From assembly GCA_900547775.1 (NCBI GenBank), contig URHW01000003.1:3874-67873 (forward strand): a stretch of DNA of 64,000 nt. The letters run 5' to 3'. The stretch's first letter is position 1. Every line of letters starts with the position of its first letter. Source of the DNA: an uncultured Mycoplasmatota bacterium. Its GTDB lineage: Bacteria > Bacillota_I > Bacilli_A > RF39 > UBA660. Positions 1 through 10,296 of the stretch are shown here, piece by piece. The translations under genes and the position numbers were made by a program. The notes beneath the pieces are model-generated. The model made no database searches. It was not told the origin of the DNA and worked only from the letters and a program-made list of their open reading frames with translations.

Positions 1-1614
1 ATTATTAATTATCTTTGTTGCTATCATAATTGCTGCACTTACGCCTGTAGCATATTTAAATAGGTAGAATGGGTAAAAATAGTGTTCTCTTCTAATCCAA
101 GAATATTTACTTTTATCATCTAAGTTTACTACGTCTTTATAGTATTTACTTCTGATGTCATATATAGTGCTTGATAAATATTCTGCATCAATTGTTTCAC
201 CATTATCAATTAAAGTATATGCTTTATTTTCAAGTTCTCCTTCTAAGCAAGCATCAAATAAGTTATTTTGAATTAGATTAATTAGGTTATATAGTGCAAT
301 AAGTTTTAGATTTTTGTTGCGACTATGCTCTATAACATAATTGCTTAAGATAATCTCATTTGTTAGAGATGCTACTTCAGCTACAAAGATGTCATTGTTA
401 TAGTCATGTTTATTGTTTGCTTGCTGACTTAAATAGAAGTTTACGGCATGGCCTAATTCATGAGCTACTGCTGATACATCGCCAAACTTGCCAAAGAAGT
501 TTGTTAATACTACTGGATGAGCACCGTAGCAAGATGTGCAGTATGCACCACTAGCTTTACCTTTATATGAGCAGTAATCAACCCATTTTTCATCAAAGGC
601 TTTTTCAATTATGTCATGATATTCTTCACCATATATTTTAGTAGCTTCTCCAATTAAATACTGGGCATCTTCGATACTAAAACTCATCTCGTCAGTAAGA
701 ATCTGAGCATTTAGATCGTAGTAAGCAAGTTCTTTAAGTCCTAAACTATTCTTAATTAATTTTAAATATTTTTGATAAACATTTAGATTCTTATTAATTA
801 CTTTATAAAGTGAATCTACAACGCTCTTTGGAATATTTGAACTAAATAGTAAAGAGTCTAATGTGCTTGGAAATTTACGTATTTCAGCCATACTACTAGT
901 ATTTTTCATGTTACTTACTAAGTTTTCTGCAAAGATATTTTTAAATTCAGCAATTTTACTAGTTAGCTTTTCATACGCATCACGTCTTATATTACGATCA
1001 GTACTTTCCATAATAATATGGTAATTACTATTGGTAATCTTACGTGTTTCTTTTTCTGATTTAACTTCGCCATAATCTAGAGTACTGTTTAAAAGAGTCA
1101 TATTAACGTTTTTAAATGTATGATTAGTACTAGTTAGTTTAGCAATTAATTTTTCTTCACTACTAGATAGCATATGCTCTTTTTCTCTTAAAATATTTGT
1201 TACATAAAACTTATATTTATTAAGTTTTTTAGTTTCTAAAAGTTTTTCTACTTTACTTGTTTCTTCTTTAATAATTTCTGGCTCGATAAAGCTTGCTGCT
1301 GCACAAAAGTCATTATATGTTTTATAAATTTTATTATAAAGCATGCTTGCATCAGCATCTTCTAGAGCTTCATCATGTCTTAAAGATGCATAGACAAATA
1401 ACTTGGTAAGTCTTGATTCATACGCAAAGTATTCTTCTAAAGTTTGATAAAGCATGTTAGCACTTTTTGTAACTTTGCCTTCATAACTTTTAATATTTTC
1501 AAACTCTTTAATTATTTTAAGATAGTCTTTTTCCCACTCTTTGTCATCCTTATAATACGCAGTTAAATCCCATTTATAAGCTTTAGGTGTTTCTTTTCTA
1601 TTTTTATATTCCAC
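1..1614 (-). CDS. pepF: Oligoendopeptidase F (M3B metallopeptidase); C-terminal end runs off window start
   Basis: Reverse-strand ORF read manually; HEXXH zinc motif (HELGH) and PepF-like sequence throughout; GTG start at complement 1612-1614 preceded by GGAGG RBS (1621-1625). Confidence 0.8.
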   Translation of the reverse strand, partial: MEYKNRKETPKAYKWDLTAYYKDDKEWEKDYLKIIKEFENIKSYEGKVTKSANMLYQTLEEYFAYESRLTKLFVYASLRHDEALEDADASMLYNKIYKTYNDFCAAASFIEPEIIKEETSKVEKLLETKKLNKYKFYVTNILREKEHMLSSSEEKLIAKLTSTNHTFKNVNMTLLNSTLDYGEVKSEKETRKITNSNYHIIMESTDRNIRRDAYEKLTSKIAEFKNIFAENLVSNMKNTSSMAEIRKFPSTLDSLLFSSNIPKSVVDSLYKVINKNLNVYQKYLKLIKNSLGLKELAYYDLNAQILTDEMSFSIEDAQYLIGEATKIYGEEYHDIIEKAFDEKWVDYCSYKGKASGAYCTSCYGAHPVVLTNFFGKFGDVSAVAHELGHAVNFYLSQQANNKHDYNNDIFVAEVASLTNEIILSNYVIEHSRNKNLKLIALYNLINLIQNNLFDACLEGELENKAYTLIDNGETIDAEYLSSTIYDIRSKYYKDVVNLDDKSKYSWIRREHYFYPFYLFKYATGVSAAIMIATKIINN

Positions 1615-1653
1615 TCTTACCTCCAAGAAAAGTTCTAGTTTATTCTAGAACCT

Positions 1654-4004
<2,351 letters not shown>

Positions 4005-4008
4005 GTCC

Positions 4009-4998
4009 TCACCTTTCTATGTAGTTCTTTAAATAATTTAAAAGTGTTACAACTTTATCATATTCCATACGCTTAGGTCCTATTATAGCAATAGTTCCTT
4101 CTTCGCCATCAATGTTATAACTAGTTCTAATAACCGTTACATTTGGGTCAAACTTATTTTCTTCACCAATGAAGATATTAACATCTTTATCATCTGTTTC
4201 AATCTTCTTAATAAGATCCATATTCTCAAGTTTACCAATCATATTTTTAATCTTTTCTGGACTATCATACTCTGGTTGCTTTAAAATATTTGTCTTACCT
4301 TGGAAGAAAATATCACTATTTTTAACATTGAAATCGTTAAATGCATCGTAAAAGAAATCCATGACTCTTTCGTAGGCTTTAATTTGACTAGCAATAATTG
4401 GTTTAATTTCATATTCAAGTTTACTATTAATATCACTAAGTTTAGTTCCTACTAGTTTTCTATTAATAAGTTCACAAGCTTTAATCATTTCATCCATACT
4501 AATTGTTTCTGGTATATTACTTTGTTTATTTTCAACATGTCCCGTATTAGTAACTACTACTGCTACTATTTTCTTATCATCTATTGGGACGATACTAACT
4601 TGTTTTAAAGTATTATTATCACTATCTTTACCTAAGACAATACTTGTATAATTTGTGATGTCACTTATTATTTCCATACATTTTACTATTGCATCACTTA
4701 TAACTAAATCTTTATTATTAAGAATTGTCTGTAACTTTAAAACTTCATCACCAGTAAGTTCTTTAGGTTTCATTAAATTATCTACATAATATTTATAACC
4801 TGCTTCACTAGGAACTCTACCACTTGAGATATGAGTCTTTTCTAAATAACCTAAACTTTCTAGGTAAGCCATATCATTACGAATTGTTGCACTAGAGCAT
4901 TTTAACTTCTTAACTAAACTCTTAGACCCAACAGGCTTAACCGTCTTAATGTAAGTTTCTACAATAAGTCTTAATAGTTCATTTTGTCTATTATTCAA
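4009..4998 (-). CDS. hrcA: Heat-inducible transcription repressor HrcA
   Basis: HrcA-like sequence, first gene of hrcA-grpE-dnaK, CIRCE operators upstream; likely TTG start at complement 4996-4998 seven nt after AAAGGAGG (track ORF extends to GTG at 5019 which would overlap the RBS). Confidence 0.85.
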   Translation of the reverse strand: MNNRQNELLRLIVETYIKTVKPVGSKSLVKKLKCSSATIRNDMAYLESLGYLEKTHISSGRVPSEAGYKYYVDNLMKPKELTGDEVLKLQTILNNKDLVISDAIVKCMEIISDITNYTSIVLGKDSDNNTLKQVSIVPIDDKKIVAVVVTNTGHVENKQSNIPETISMDEMIKACELINRKLVGTKLSDINSKLEYEIKPIIASQIKAYERVMDFFYDAFNDFNVKNSDIFFQGKTNILKQPEYDSPEKIKNMIGKLENMDLIKKIETDDKDVNIFIGEENKFDPNVTVIRTSYNIDGEEGTIAIIGPKRMEYDKVVTLLNYLKNYIER

Positions 4999-5012
4999 AT
5001 TATAGCCTCCTT

Positions 5013-5039
5013 TTAGCACTCTTTTCTTTCAAATGCTAA
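5013..5039 (-). promoter_or_regulatory. CIRCE operator 1 (HrcA binding site)
   Basis: Minus-strand reading TTAGCATTT-N9-GAGTGCTAA versus consensus TTAGCACTC-N9-GAGTGCTAA (right half perfect). Confidence 0.8.
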
Positions 5040-5059
5040 TACTATTATAATATTATGCG

Positions 5060-5086
5060 TAGCACTTGTCAATATATGAGTGCTAA
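5060..5086 (-). promoter_or_regulatory. CIRCE operator 2 (HrcA binding site)
   Basis: Minus-strand reading TTAGCACTC-ATATATTGA-CAAGTGCTA; left half perfect, 9-nt spacer; TATAAT-like -10 lies between the two CIRCE copies. Confidence 0.75.
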
Positions 5087-5134
5087 TTTTTAAAAGTTTT
5101 TGTCAAAAGAAAATAAGACCTATAAAAGATCTTA

Positions 5135-6760
5135 TTAATTTACTATGTATGGGTCTTCTGATGTTCCTGTGCCACCTGAAATTGTGGCAGATGAAACGAT
5201 AGAAATTGAAGGACGGACCCCACTAGAGTCGTCCACGCTGTAGTTGACGAAGCTGCCATCGCTGCCGTCAACGCCCCAAACGACAGCCTTGCTGCCATCG
5301 AAGGAGCTAGGAGCCAAAGACCACCAATAAGTATCTGTAGCATTTTCTTGTAAATATGTTGTAGTATTTTCTAACATATAAGCATATCCTGCTAATGCTA
5401 ATTCATCTGCTGTTATTAAGCCTACTTTTGAATTTATTTTATTTAATTCTCCATTGCATTTTAAACTAGGACCAGTGCCTCCAGCACTATTATTTTTATT
5501 TACTAATCTTTGCGTAGCACCATAATATGTTATATTTGTACCATATCCTAAACCATTTGGATTCCAGCCATATGGATCATATGTTGTATCTGTTACATTT
5601 GTTTTATCATTGCACCATACAGTATCAGCTATTACTTTTTCATAATCTTTAAGATTATTCTTATCATACCAAGCCTCTAAATTAGTTAATATTGTACTTT
5701 TATTTGTATTTGCATGTGCGCTTGCATAATCACTTGTACCAACAGTACCATACTTAAATCCTACATAAGCATTATCATTATAGTTTGTATTAAATGCACT
5801 TTTATATGTTTCACCAGAATATCTTGCAAATGCTGCACTAGCACTATTATTTGCAGCATCACAAGGATTAGCTGCTCCAGTTGGATTATCATTATGTAAG
5901 ATAAGTTTTACTGAACCATCTCCTCCAACTCTTACTATTCTCCAGCACTTATTAGCAAATTCTACATAGTTGTTTTTTACAGCTCCTCTGAAATAATAGC
6001 TTGTTCCATAATCATCTACTGCAGATGCAAGTAATGCGTCATCAGCAGTAGATATAGCAGTTCCTGGTATGGTTATAGGTTCAGAGATTTCTATGCTATT
6101 TCTTAATGATGCAAGTAGAGTACCATTTCCAACCTCATACCATCCATTAGGTGCTGGCGCTGGTTCTTCTGCTGCATTACTTACTACTACTATTTTACCA
6201 GACCAGTTTTTGTTTAGGCCTTGTTCTGTTGTTACTGCACTATCCATCCAAATTCTTAGATCATAACTTTTTTCTTCGTTAGCTTTAAGTCCGGTATTAA
6301 TAATAATATAACCTTTTTTGTTGTTTTCTAAGTCTGTTAATGTTTGACTTCCTAATATAACGGATTTACTAGTGGTTGTACCTTTAGGTGATATATTTAC
6401 TTTCATATAGTTATCTTTTAAGTAAGATGTATTAGTACTTTCTCTATAAGTACTATCTATTGTAATATATACTTTATCATAACTATTACAGTTGTTTTTT
6501 ATTGTAAAAGTAAATGGGGGTTGTTTAAGACCATCTTCATCAGTTATTGGAAAAGCATCTGTTAAAGATATTTTAGATGTGTCTTCAGTAAGAGTTGTAT
6601 TAAAGCATGTTCTTGATGCTATAGTGTTATTTTCAGTTTGACTTAAGTAAAGTCTAAACCAAGCAAAAGAGACTCCAATTATGCACAGGACTGTTATTAA
6701 TAGTCCATAATATAATTTAAGTCTCTTCTTTTTATTATCTATATTTAATTCATGGTTCAT
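5135..6760 (-). CDS. Family A surface/secreted protein A1: TasA/camelysin-like N-terminus with SipW-type signal peptide, plus conserved Cys-containing C-terminal domain with hypervariable block
   Basis: N-terminal TM followed by SFAWF (A/Y-F-x-T/S-like SipW-cognate signal class); FTFTIKNNCNSY resembles TasA/CalY core; C-terminal ~300 aa about 90% nucleotide identical to 13366-15243 and 60421-62229; 4 conserved Cys. Confidence 0.7.
   Translation of the reverse strand: MNHELNIDNKKKRLKLYYGLLITVLCIIGVSFAWFRLYLSQTENNTIASRTCFNTTLTEDTSKISLTDAFPITDEDGLKQPPFTFTIKNNCNSYDKVYITIDSTYRESTNTSYLKDNYMKVNISPKGTTTSKSVILGSQTLTDLENNKKGYIIINTGLKANEEKSYDLRIWMDSAVTTEQGLNKNWSGKIVVVSNAAEEPAPAPNGWYEVGNGTLLASLRNSIEISEPITIPGTAISTADDALLASAVDDYGTSYYFRGAVKNNYVEFANKCWRIVRVGGDGSVKLILHNDNPTGAANPCDAANNSASAAFARYSGETYKSAFNTNYNDNAYVGFKYGTVGTSDYASAHANTNKSTILTNLEAWYDKNNLKDYEKVIADTVWCNDKTNVTDTTYDPYGWNPNGLGYGTNITYYGATQRLVNKNNSAGGTGPSLKCNGELNKINSKVGLITADELALAGYAYMLENTTTYLQENATDTYWWSLAPSSFDGSKAVVWGVDGSDGSFVNYSVDDSSGVRPSISIVSSATISGGTGTSEDPYIVN
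5219..5308 (-). other. Putative DGR variable region (VR) of A1
   Basis: 30-codon block aligning gaplessly with the equivalent blocks of A2 and A3; differences confined to codon positions 1-2 with position 3 fixed (C/T); GC3-rich codons atypical for this genome; conserved 3' flank GTCCGTCCTTCAATTTCT. Confidence 0.6.
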
Positions 6761-6785
6761 ATATACTCACTATCTTTCTATAGAA

Positions 6786-6813
6786 AGTATATAACAACCC
6801 CCCCCCGTGTCAA
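6786..6813 (-). promoter_or_regulatory. Promoter of A1: TTGACA -35, 16-nt spacer containing G9 tract, TATACT -10
   Basis: Minus-strand reading TTGACA-CGGGGGGGGGTTGTTA-TATACT about 20 nt upstream of the ATG; homologous A3 promoter is TGGACA-17-TATAAT. Confidence 0.65.
6798..6806 (-). repeat. Homopolymeric G9 (C9 on plus strand) tract in promoter spacer, candidate slipped-strand phase-variation switch
   Basis: Nine consecutive C on plus strand; the only long G/C homopolymer noticed in an AT-rich window; placed between -35 and -10. Confidence 0.8.
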
Positions 6814-6842
6814 GTTAATTTTTCACTAAAAATATTCTATAT

Positions 6843-7187
6843 TTAATTTTTCATGAACAAGATAGTAATTGCAAGACCTACTCCTGCAATTATAACTGCA
6901 CTTATTATGGTGATTACTTTGACATATCCATTTGGGTTATTTAATTTTAAAACACGTACTTCGCCATTTTCTTTCATTTCAGCTTCTTTAGTAAGTGTTT
7001 CTTCTCTTGTTTTATTTACTTTGCCTTGATATGTACTTACAAAAGCAATATCTTCTGGATTAGTACTATTTTTAATTTCTTCTACGTATGCATCTAAAAC
7101 ATCTTGTTCTTCTCTTATAATTGTTCCATTAAGATATAATTCTAAGTAATGTTTCATTATTTGCTTAGTTTCTTCACTAAAGCTCAT
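6843..7187 (-). CDS. Hypothetical tail-anchored membrane protein (C-terminal TM helix)
   Basis: 114-aa ORF; acidic N-terminal domain and single C-terminal hydrophobic helix. Confidence 0.4.
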   Translation of the reverse strand: MSFSEETKQIMKHYLELYLNGTIIREEQDVLDAYVEEIKNSTNPEDIAFVSTYQGKVNKTREETLTKEAEMKENGEVRVLKLNNPNGYVKVITIISAVIIAGVGLAITILFMKN

Positions 7188-7196
7188 TTAAACCAC

Positions 7197-7733
7197 CTAC
7201 ACACTCATTAATTCAGTTTCTTTTTCTTTAACCTTTTCATCTACTAACTTATTATATTTAGTAATAAGTTCTTGAATTTCTTCGTTGTACATGTCTTCTT
7301 CGTCTTCTGGAAGTTCTGCTTTTTTAACTTGATTTCTTGCATCTTCTCTAGCATTTCTAAGTGCTACTTTAGCATCTTCTCCCATACCTTTAACTTGTTT
7401 AACGTAGTCTTTTCTTCTTTCTTCATTAAGTTCAGGTATAGTTAAAATAACCATTTCACCATTATTTGTTGGAGTTATTCCTAAGTTAGCTTCATGGATT
7501 GCTTTTTCAATCTCTTTAACTAAGCTTTTATCAAATGGTTTAATAAATAGTTGTCTTGCTTCAGGAACTGTGATGTTTGCGACTGTATTTAAAGGAGTGC
7601 TTGCTCCATAATACATTACATTTATTCCATTAAGCATGGCTGGGTTTGCCCTACCTGCTCTTACGTTTGTAAATCTTGCTTCCATATTTTCTATGGCTTT
7701 TTTCATTTTTGTTTCTGCTTCTTCAATATACAT
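7197..7733 (-). CDS. frr: Ribosome recycling factor
   Basis: Aligns along full length with RRF (…NVRAGRANPAMLNGI…YYG…ERRKD…). Confidence 0.9.
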   Translation of the reverse strand: MYIEEAETKMKKAIENMEARFTNVRAGRANPAMLNGINVMYYGASTPLNTVANITVPEARQLFIKPFDKSLVKEIEKAIHEANLGITPTNNGEMVILTIPELNEERRKDYVKQVKGMGEDAKVALRNAREDARNQVKKAELPEDEEDMYNEEIQELITKYNKLVDEKVKEKETELMSV

Positions 7734-7765
7734 AAAATCTCTCCTTAAATATTATTATTACAAAA

Positions 7766-8374
7766 TTACTTAGCAATTGCAAGAACTCCAAGTAAAATTC
7801 CAACTAAAATTGTTACTTCAATTAAGGTAATTGCTATTATTCGGCCGTTAGTATTGATTGGTTTTATTCTAAGGGGTTTCTTTCCAGGATTTTTTTCTAG
7901 CATTCTACTTTTATTTATTTTTATAATATCATTATATCTTTTAAATAAGTTTTCTTCACTTTTGGTCTTTAATTTATTTGCTAGGTAGTCATTCATATAT
8001 AAATCTAAGGCATTTTGTTCATCAAAAGATATTTGCTCTTTTTCAAGTAATTTTAAGCACTTAGCAATATATCTTTGAATGCTTGCTTCTTCTTCCTTTG
8101 TTTGGGTTTTCTCTAATAGTTTTTTGTAAAGGTCAGCAAATTCATAGTACCCGATTAATGGTGGAACTTTTAAAGTTTTTAGCCTTTCTTTTAAGGCACT
8201 TTTTAAGGTGTTTATGTCATCTTGAGATACAGCATCAGGATAATCGCTTACATAACTTTCTATTTCATCTATATAGTCTGTTAAGTAATCAGCATCAGTG
8301 CATTTTTTTAATGATACTAAGATATCATTAAGATTTAATATTCTTCCATTTCTAATACTAGGTTCTAAATTCAT
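7766..8374 (-). CDS. Hypothetical tail-anchored membrane protein
   Basis: 202-aa ORF with C-terminal TM helix; N-terminal region weakly similar to the 6843-7187 product. Confidence 0.4.
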   Translation of the reverse strand: MNLEPSIRNGRILNLNDILVSLKKCTDADYLTDYIDEIESYVSDYPDAVSQDDINTLKSALKERLKTLKVPPLIGYYEFADLYKKLLEKTQTKEEEASIQRYIAKCLKLLEKEQISFDEQNALDLYMNDYLANKLKTKSEENLFKRYNDIIKINKSRMLEKNPGKKPLRIKPINTNGRIIAITLIEVTILVGILLGVLAIAK

Positions 8375-8650
8375 AGGTACCTCCTTTATTATCTTAATTA
8401 TAAACTATTTTTCTAAAATTTAAAAGAAAAAACGGTGTTTTACCGCTCATTCACATGTAATTTGATCTTTCATAAAATATATTAGGTGATGCGTATGTGT
8501 CCAAACAATAATGGTTTTAATAATTTTTTTAAGGGTTTTTGGTCTTTTATTTGGTTTTTAATTTTATGTACATTAATTTTTTATCAGTTAATTATTACTT
8601 TTTTCTTTCCATTAAGATGGAATATTTGCATTTTGTTAATTGAGATCTTT

Positions 8651-9523
8651 TTACTCTTCTTTGTTCTCTACCGAATAATATGGCCTTATTAGTTTTTCAG
8701 TTTCGTTTATATAGTCAAATACTTTACTAGCATTTATTGTGTTTTCCATTTCATTTTTACCAAGTTTAAGTTCTAATGGGAAGGATAACATTAAAAATAG
8801 TAAGTGTTTTTCTTCTTCAAGTAAGTCAAATGATTTTAAGTATTTACTTAGAAAGTTGCTATAGTTATATTTGCCAAAGTCATTGTGATAGAGATTTATT
8901 AAATCAAGTATGGGTGTATCAACCGTGTAATGGTCCCAACTTATAAATTTGTTATCAATGAAGTGGTCTATGCTTAAATTGTTATGACAATAAACCACTC
9001 TTTCTTTTGTTTTTGTTGATGCTAAGTTATACCAATTTTCTGCTTCGTTTGTTAGAAACTCAGTTAATGATTTTATTTTACTCCGGCCTTCTAGAATAAC
9101 TTGCTCAGATGGAAGTAGAACTTCTTTAATTTCTAAATTATTAAATAATGTTTCATAATATCCTTCTAAGTAGGTTATGTTACTTACGATGTTTTCATAT
9201 ATTTCTTTTATTTTATCAGCACTAATGTCTTTAAAATAGACAGTTTTTGTGTGGAGACTAGAAAGAACTTTAGCCATATCTAATGATTTTTGTTCGATGG
9301 GAATTTCTGGTTCACTTACGACTTTATAAACGTATTCGTCATCAAGTTCATCTACTAGTTCTGGGTAGGATGTAAACGATCTGGAATTTAGATAATCATA
9401 TAGGGATTTAATATCCTTGCTTTTTTTCTTGATAACAAATCTGCCTTCGTCAGTATCTACTATTTTGCTTTTACCACTTATAGTGATTTTTTTAGGATTA
9501 AAGACCTCACTAATTTTCTTCAT
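8651..9523 (-). CDS. CotS/aminoglycoside-phosphotransferase-fold kinase-like protein
   Basis: HNNLSIDHF (Brenner-like HxDxxxxN) and DxD-like motif region; 290 aa. Confidence 0.45.
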   Translation of the reverse strand: MKKISEVFNPKKITISGKSKIVDTDEGRFVIKKKSKDIKSLYDYLNSRSFTSYPELVDELDDEYVYKVVSEPEIPIEQKSLDMAKVLSSLHTKTVYFKDISADKIKEIYENIVSNITYLEGYYETLFNNLEIKEVLLPSEQVILEGRSKIKSLTEFLTNEAENWYNLASTKTKERVVYCHNNLSIDHFIDNKFISWDHYTVDTPILDLINLYHNDFGKYNYSNFLSKYLKSFDLLEEEKHLLFLMLSFPLELKLGKNEMENTINASKVFDYINETEKLIRPYYSVENKEE

Positions 9524-10232
9524 TTTCCGGAATAACTAGTTTCATGTTAACTTCTAGGGCTTCAAATGTATTATATTTTTTTAAGTCAGTTAAAGTTATT
9601 TTATATTTATCTAATATTCCTTCTAAGGTATCATTTTGCATTACTGTATGAACGTGATATTTAACATATGTTTCATCAGCATTAATACTACCAATAATAT
9701 TGTTTGTGCTTATTTCTGATTGTTTTTCTTCTTTAATTTCTTTTTTTGATTCTTCTTTTTCTTCTTTTTTAGAATCTTCTGCTGGTATATTTAAAATTTC
9801 TTCTTTGCTTACTTCTTTAAATCTTGGTTCATCTTCAGTTAAATCTACTACTTCAGCATCTGTTTTATTTAAAAATTCATTTAAATCTTTTTCATCAGCA
9901 AACTCGATCAAACTTTGTTCACCACTAACAATGTACTCTATGTGAACATGTAATTCATCATTGTTATTTAGCTCGTATGTAAAATCAGTTATTTCTAGGT
10001 TTACGGTGTCTAAATTAACATTACTTCTTATTTCATGAGTAAATGGTAACTTAAAACTGAAGTCTTCTTTATTAATACTTATTTCATGTAAACGATAATC
10101 TCCTGATATTATAAAGTCTCCTTCTAAGTTAGAACCATTAATATCCTCATCGTGTTCAACAGAGATACTTGTTATTTCAAATATACTATCTTTAAAGAGA
10201 AAATCTCTTTCTACTACAAAAGCCTCACTCAT
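9510..10232 (-). CDS. Acidic protein with C-terminal LysM domain
   Basis: C-terminal YHVHTVMQNDTLEGILDKYKITLTDLKKYN matches LysM pattern; overlaps upstream gene by 14 nt (translational coupling). Confidence 0.5.
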   Translation of the reverse strand: MSEAFVVERDFLFKDSIFEITSISVEHDEDINGSNLEGDFIISGDYRLHEISINKEDFSFKLPFTHEIRSNVNLDTVNLEITDFTYELNNNDELHVHIEYIVSGEQSLIEFADEKDLNEFLNKTDAEVVDLTEDEPRFKEVSKEEILNIPAEDSKKEEKEESKKEIKEEKQSEISTNNIIGSINADETYVKYHVHTVMQNDTLEGILDKYKITLTDLKKYNTFEALEVNMKLVIPENEEN

Positions 10233-10296
10233 ATAATCAATCCTTTCAACTAATTATATGAGGTCATAAAAAAAGTAGACTAAATAAGTCTATTTT

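Noticed and set aside
360-554. Small plus-strand ORFs inside pepF, dnaK (1700-1933, 3275-3493), lon, parC and others
   Set aside because: They are entirely embedded antisense within well-supported genes. They show no RBS or motif support.
5714-5899. Plus-strand Cys-rich ORFs (5714-5899, 13942-14127, 61003-61188) that appear conserved in three places
   Set aside because: They are antisense shadows of the conserved family A C-terminal domain. Their conservation is explained by the sense genes.
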